25,703 bases of DNA, from contig NOWV01000254.1 of the NCBI GenBank assembly GCA_003344405.1, forward strand, positions 62,001 through 87,703, given 5' to 3'. The translations under genes were made by a program, and so were the position numbers. Below the pieces are notes generated by a model. The model had not been told where the DNA came from, searched no databases, and worked only from the letters and a program-made list of their open reading frames with translations. The DNA comes from Trichoplax sp. H2 (lineage: Eukaryota). Numbering within the stretch: the first letter of the stretch is position 1; each line of letters starts with the position of its first letter. Shown piece by piece: positions 20,365 to 25,703 of the stretch.

Positions 20365-23300
20365 GTAAGTTTGAAACAATTTCATTTTATGAGTGCATTC
20401 TCATTTTATGAGTACATTCAAAAATGCCGATCATTGAAAAACGTGAATCCGTGGTTGGGCGTATATTAGTTATCATCCTCATCATTTATATCTGAAATAT
20501 TATTACCCACAACTGAGTTAAACCGATGTCGTTTATGACTCTCCTAGCATGAATATATGTATTCATTATTAGTTTTGAATAGTTGTTGTACTCTTAAACT
20601 TCTTGTATGTGCTTACTTCAAGATTACTCTTGATTAAGATAATCTGGGATTTATTTTATAAAAATATTATCAATCTAATTATGGTATATTAACTTATGTA
20701 GTACTCAAAGATAGATCATGCTTATAGGATCGATCGTGAGATTACAGAATTAATTTATATCACAAAATAGAGTTAAGCAAGAAAAAGGAATTTTCGGCAT
20801 TTTATTTTTGAGGCGTTTTATTAGTGCTTAAAAGTAGAAATATAGCTGATGAATAGAAAATAAAATTATTTCGGTACTCAACAGATTTTTTCGTCATAAT
20901 GAATAACATGATTCATCTAAATCTATTTTGAAAGAGAAGATTTAGGTTCAAACTAATATTTTGTATCCATTAATGTAAAAAATATCTTTCCATCATGAAA
21001 TGGAAGGTCTTAAGTGCACGCACATGATTGAATTTTATGTGTAAAGAGAAAAGATATACTTTTAGCTTACCTATAAAGTTACAGATCTTAGAGTTGTTCA
21101 CTACAGTAATCCATTACCATTCTATAACCAAGATATCCATTCTTGACAGTTTATTAAGAAAGTATTTCAGGCTAGCATTGGAATCTTACGGCGTAAATTA
21201 AGTTACAATGAAGTCACAGATCCTAGAGTCGTTTCATTACAGTAATTGCACTACCGTTTTCTAGCTAGCATATCCATTCATTACAGTAGGTTATCAAGAA
21301 ATTATCCCAGGCTAACATAATTTTCTATCTTCTAGTATCAATTAGATTACCTCTAATGTCATAGATCCTCGAGTTGTTTCACTACAGTAATCGTATTTCC
21401 GGGATATTTACAGCATTTAATCAACAAATCATCCCTCGCTAATAATACTTTCGATCTTATATAGTATCAATTAAATTACTTCTTAAGTTACAGATCCTAG
21501 AATCGTTTCACTACAGTAATCGCATTACCATTCTTGACGGTAGTTTATCAAGAAAGCATCGTGTGCTAACACTGTTTTTAATCTTATATTGTGAGGTAAT
21601 TTTCTACGCTGTGATTTCTAATCAATTTTATACTTTTTACTGTATGATTAGGTGATATTCAAAATTCTAACGTGCTAGTCAGTGATTTCAGTTTCCGATC
21701 GAGCCAACTTGCTGATGGTAAGTATGAACTCTAGATTTACCTCATCTATCTTGTTAAATAATCATAATTCTCTGGAGACAATAACTATCTACGAATATAT
21801 AAAGCGAACTCATAGCACGCCTGTACTGCCAACGAAAGCAAGTCAAGAGGAAATCTTTATTACTATTTGCATTATGATGTTGAGCCTTGAGTGAGATTAT
21901 CGGCTATATTAATGTATAATCATTTATTTGAAAACGCTAAGGCTGAAATTATTTTCCTTGTAGTATTAATTTGCGCAAATAGCGATTTTACGGGTGCTGA
22001 CTGTATAAATCTTATGACGCTTTTTTTTTGTTGGTAGTGCCATACAAGTTACCGTAAATTAAATTAAATTAATCCGTAAAAGATATAATTTAATAATCCG
22101 ATTAATTCCATTCAACTACTGTGATGGATAAGTGTCTAACTTGACGATGATAATTGGGTTTTTAGCTTAAAATTTTTGTTACGTGGCTACCGCTGTCGAC
22201 GTCCAGGAGTTGTAAATGTTAAAGCCTTATGCTCGCTTTATTACCCAACTATCGATATCATTTTATTGCAAGCGAAATAGTCAACATAGCATTGATATTA
22301 TTATGATATCGGTATCGATGATTGAAATGAATCGAAAGAATGATACTTCCATACTATGACTACGAATGGCTACTGTACTTAAAATGCAATTCTGAATTAA
22401 TTACCTTCAGCAGGCGAAGGATTGAAATAAGGTCACATAGTAGGGTACTATAGCATGTAGTACTCTATCGTTTATACACTAGAGTATTATGGCCGCCCGT
22501 AGAAAAACGTGGCTGGGGATTTCTTTCTTTCTTCTTATACTGAGATCTAACTTACTCAGTATTCTATCGTGTATTGTATGAGCTGTAGACTATTGTATGC
22601 TACAGTGATTGTAGGGTATAATTTCACTACCGCTGCTAAGATCGTCGGTATTCGCCATTTTGCGCAGCCATTTGTAAGCGGCGCCAACTAGGCACTTCCA
22701 ATTTAGTAATGGAACTGAAAATGGAATCTTTTTATCTCCGAATTTATCCTATTGATTATCGAGAGGTTGTTTGATTGAGATTTTACCGTTAATAAAGAAT
22801 ACTTGTAAAATAAACTGATAGGATAGATCAAAAGGCAAGGTAAGGTTGTTGGATTTACCTTGGAAAAATTTCACTACGTTCTCGAACATGTTTTACTTAG
22901 CCAATGATTTCAAGTGTTTCATATTCTAAAATGACAAGCTCGTATCATATATGATGAAGAATACAATGTTAACTGACATTAAACTACTTATTTTTCAATA
23001 TAATTTTATTAATCAATTGCATTAGAATGGATGTTCAATGTGGTCAAGCGTCCTTTCTTTGACTTTATTATATATGATCGCAAAATAAACTTTTTTATTT
23101 CCCTTTCAGACCTTGTTACTTCAAATGCTCGAGATGAAGATACGCAATCGATCCTTTCCTACCTGACTAGTACACAATTAGGTATGAAAGTATAGTATGG
23201 CAATATCGATAATACTTTGGGCTATTTTACCTACAGCATAGTAATTATAAAATGGACATCAATAGGAAAGTATAGTGTGTAATAAATCACTGAATAACAT

Positions 23301-25703
23301 ACTAGAGATACCAGTATTAACCTCCATTTTCTTGCTAGCAGCACAAACACAGAGCGATTATACTTCAACGTCTGGCGTGATATCGAGAAGCCAAGTGGAT
23401 AGTATTAGCACGCCGATCAGCTTTCAATCGCAATCTATTGCCAATAGTTTGGATGGCCTGGCATCGAATCCACCAGAATCGACTATAGCGGAAGATATTA
23501 TTTCTACTGCGGTCTCAGATCTATTACAAACCTCCGTACAAGCTATCGTAACTAGTCTAGTTAACCAAGAATCTTCATCTCAACTTGATGTTACCGCGAT
23601 ATCCTTCCAGACACTTTCAGAGATAGAGAGTAACACTCCTTCTGATGCTGTCACGACTGCATTCACAACTTTAACCAATCAATCGGAATCGACTGCAATA
23701 GATGGTATTGCCTCTACTGTCATTTCAGAAGATCTGCAGATTTTATCACTAGCCGCCACCACCGGACCTATTGACCAAGTGCCTTCATCTCAGCTTGATC
23801 AAACCATTACATCATTTCAACTAATTTCACTGCTAGACAGTGAGACTGCTTCTGATAGTAATATCCCGGCTACATCAACAGGTTATAGTTCTATTTTTAT
23901 GAACAAAATATCATACTACTATACATGTGCGGCATATCCAGTACTATAGGCGTACTTAAAGGATTGTAAAAGTCCATACTTGTATCGAAATGATGTACCT
24001 ATTATGTATATGGATACAAATATATCGGGATTAATTAAAGTTATAAAATATGAAAAGATTATTTCTACCATTACATACTTTTGGAATTTACATTCCTACT
24101 GTTAGGATGCTAAATTTCCATTATACGCGGTCAATATCTTAATTTAAATATTTCATGTTGGTCTTACGTATATTTGTAATGACACTTTCTCCTTTCTTTA
24201 TTTCAGTCGAATTATCTCAGCAGAGTTCATTTATTTCTGCAGCGGATACAACTATATCAATACTTGCAAGCATCTTTGATTCTTCGATAGGTAATGCTTT
24301 ATAGTTTGATATACTTAAATTTTAACTTAACTCTTTCAATACAATAGATCATTAAAATTTTTAATTTTCTAATCAATTGTGTATTCAATAGGTGCTAGTC
24401 AAGGAAGCACCATATCTAACGTACCGAGTATTTTAGTGTCGTCTGTGGATGAAGATGAACTAATTTCTACGGTGGTATCGCTGGAGGCACAAAGCCAGAG
24501 TGATGTCGACGTCACTACAAATTTGCAACAAAGTTCTTCAGCAATATTGCAAGACTTGTCATCACAATTATCCATAGTTCCGCCAATATCTAGCGAGATT
24601 ATATCCATAGCAGGTTAAAATAGACTCGTAATAGTTATAATAGGATTAGAAATATTACAGAAATTTGCGTGTTTATTTTAAAAAATTGATGTCTTCATTC
24701 ATGGGCAATTATGTAAAGTAGGCTGCTTTAACCATATGCGGTACATATAATTGCTAAAATAATTTATGACACTTTATCATTTGCACTTTGTTATTAAAGA
24801 TGTAACTAGCCAAGAATCAAGCCAATCAACATTAATTGAGTCACCAATGATATCAGAATCAATAATTGCTACACCATCGTTATTAGATGATTTACTAACA
24901 TCGACAGCATTACCAACGGAAATAGAAAGTCAAAGCGAGATGGAAACAAGTACTACAGATGAGCGTAGTACACGTATAACATCAGAAGATATACCGGCAT
25001 CATCTTTGGACGATAGAGAAATAACAACGAGTGTTATAAAATCGACAGGTTAGAACAGATTTTATATATAACATATAATAGAAGTAAAAATCCGAATATC
25101 TTCATATAATAAGAATTACATATAATAAAAATCTTTTAACGTTTTATTTTATGTAGACGATATTAGTAGTATAGCGACATCGATAGAGAGAATATCGATT
25201 ATACCATCATCTATCGATATTATTGATAGCTCTATCGCTTTCGATAGCAGTATACAATCACAAGCTATTAGCACAATAATATCAGAATCGATACTTGCAA
25301 CGCCATCGTCGTTAGAAGACATACTAACATCGACAGTACTACCAAGAGAAATAGAAAGTCAAAGCGAGATAGAAACAAGTACTACAGATGAGCGTAGTAC
25401 ACGTATAACATCAGACGATATACCGGTATCATCTTTAGACGATAGAGAAATAACAGCGAGCGTTATAGCATCGTCAGGTTAGAATATGTTGTGGATATAT
25501 AGATATAGAAGTAAATATTCGACTGTAATAAATTTCCTAAATCTTTTATTTTATATAGACGATATTAGCAGTATAGCGACATCGATAGAGAGAATATCGA
25601 TTATACCATCATCTATCGATATTATTGATAGCTCTATCGCTTTCGATAGCAGTATACAATCACAAGCTATTAGCACAATAATATCAGAATCGATACTTGC
25701 AAC
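20268..25703 (+). CDS. Gene 2 (3' truncated): secreted or membrane mucin-like, acidic Ser/Thr/Ile-rich glycoprotein
   Basis: join(20268..20364,21652..21717,23110..23181,23339..23881,24207..24290,24392..24613,24800..25048,25157..25477,25559..>25703) = 1799 nt of open frame. All introns are GT-AG and phase 1. Signal peptide followed by S/T/D/E/I-rich repeats. Extra small exons may have been missed, and the C-terminal domains lie outside the window. Confidence 0.82.
20382..20419. repeat. 19-bp tandem duplication just after the gene 2 signal-exon donor
   Basis: tcattttatgagtgcattc / tcattttatgagtacattc. Confidence 0.8.
21070..21590. repeat. Degenerate ~130-145 bp tandem repeat in gene 2 intron 1, 4 copies
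   Basis: Core aagttacagatcctagagt.gtttcactacagtaatcgcattacc at 21076, 21211, about 21355 and 21485. Confidence 0.85.
21652..21717 (+). CDS. Gene 2 exon 2 (66 nt, phase 1-1)
   Basis: attAG|...|GTAAGT; DIQNSNVLVSDFSFRSSQLAD. Confidence 0.72.
23110..23181 (+). CDS. Gene 2 exon 3 (72 nt, phase 1-1)
   Basis: ttttttatttccctttcAG|...AG|GTATGA; (D)LVTSNARDEDTQSILSYLTSTQL. Confidence 0.82.
23339..23881 (+). CDS. Gene 2 exon 4 (543 nt, S/T-rich, internal 70-aa duplication)
   Basis: Core of ORF 23275..23949 (AAQTQSDY...IPATST); TAGCAG tandem acceptor (start 23339 or 23342); donor at 23882. Confidence 0.88.
24207..24290 (+). CDS. Gene 2 exon 5 (84 nt, phase 1-1)
   Basis: Strong pyrimidine tract plus tttcAG; (V)ELSQQSSFISAADTTISILASIFDSSI; AG|GTAATG. 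Confidence 0.82.
   Translation, partial: SNYLSRVHLFLQRIQLYQYLQASLILR
24392..24613 (+). CDS. Gene 2 exon 6 (222 nt, phase 1-1)
   Basis: Core of ORF 24379..24618 (GASQGST...EIISIA). Confidence 0.87.
24800..25048 (+). CDS. Gene 2 exon 7 (249 nt, phase 1-1; partial repeat unit)
   Basis: Core of ORF 24766..25053 (DVTSQESS...SVIKST); its 3' two-thirds or more is paralogous to the next exon. Confidence 0.88.
25157..25477 (+). CDS. Gene 2 exon 8 (321 nt, 107-aa repeat unit)
   Basis: DDISSIATSIERISIIPSSIDIIDSSIAFDSSIQSQAISTIISESILATPSSLEDILTSTVLPREIESQSEIETSTTDERSTRITSDDIPVSSLDDREITASVIASS; open frame with no start codon, so it is absent from the ORF track. Confidence 0.88.
25559..25703 (+). CDS. 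Gene 2 exon 9 (partial; copy of exon 8)
   Basis: 144 of 145 nt are identical to 25157-25301; preceded by ttttatatAG. Confidence 0.86.

Larger units (their letters stand above)
24849..25703 (+). repeat. Tandem exon+intron duplication in gene 2 (period 402 bp for the latest pair)
   Basis: About 24849-25048 resembles about 25278-25477; introns 25049-25156 and 25478-25558 share GTTAGAA...TAGAAGTAAA...TTTTATTTTAT; 25157+ matches 25559+. Confidence 0.92.

Noticed and set aside
24399..24608. Minus-strand ORF, 69 aa
   Set aside because: It is the antisense shadow of gene 2 exon 6.

Overview
This is AT-rich (about 30% GC by eye) eukaryotic genomic DNA with short GT-AG introns. It is probably an invertebrate animal; the compact intron style resembles a non-bilaterian such as a placozoan, but that is inference only. 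The ORF track is mostly noise because the real genes are spliced. By hand I assembled two + strand genes. Gene 1 (CDS 4858-13414, 15 coding exons, 1491 nt, 496 aa, every junction phase-consistent) is a type I membrane protein: signal peptide, short Ser/Thr stalk, EGF, EGF, SEA-like domain, Ca-binding EGF, EGF, TM, and a tail with Tyr motifs (MUC13/HEG1-like architecture). Gene 2 (CDS from 20268, running off the window end) has a signal peptide and about 570 aa of Cys-free, acidic, Ser/Thr/Ile-rich mucin-like sequence built entirely from phase 1-1 exons, ending in a 402-bp exon+intron tandem array. Several degenerate 95-155 bp tandem repeat families lie in introns or upstream. I found no prokaryotic features, CRISPR array, tRNA/rRNA or recognisable transposase. 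The best leads are a 13-nt candidate micro-exon that could rewire the SEA domain, a GKR motif where the SEA GSVVV autocleavage site would be expected, and a second signal-peptide-like exon inside an intron of gene 2. All are unverified predictions.
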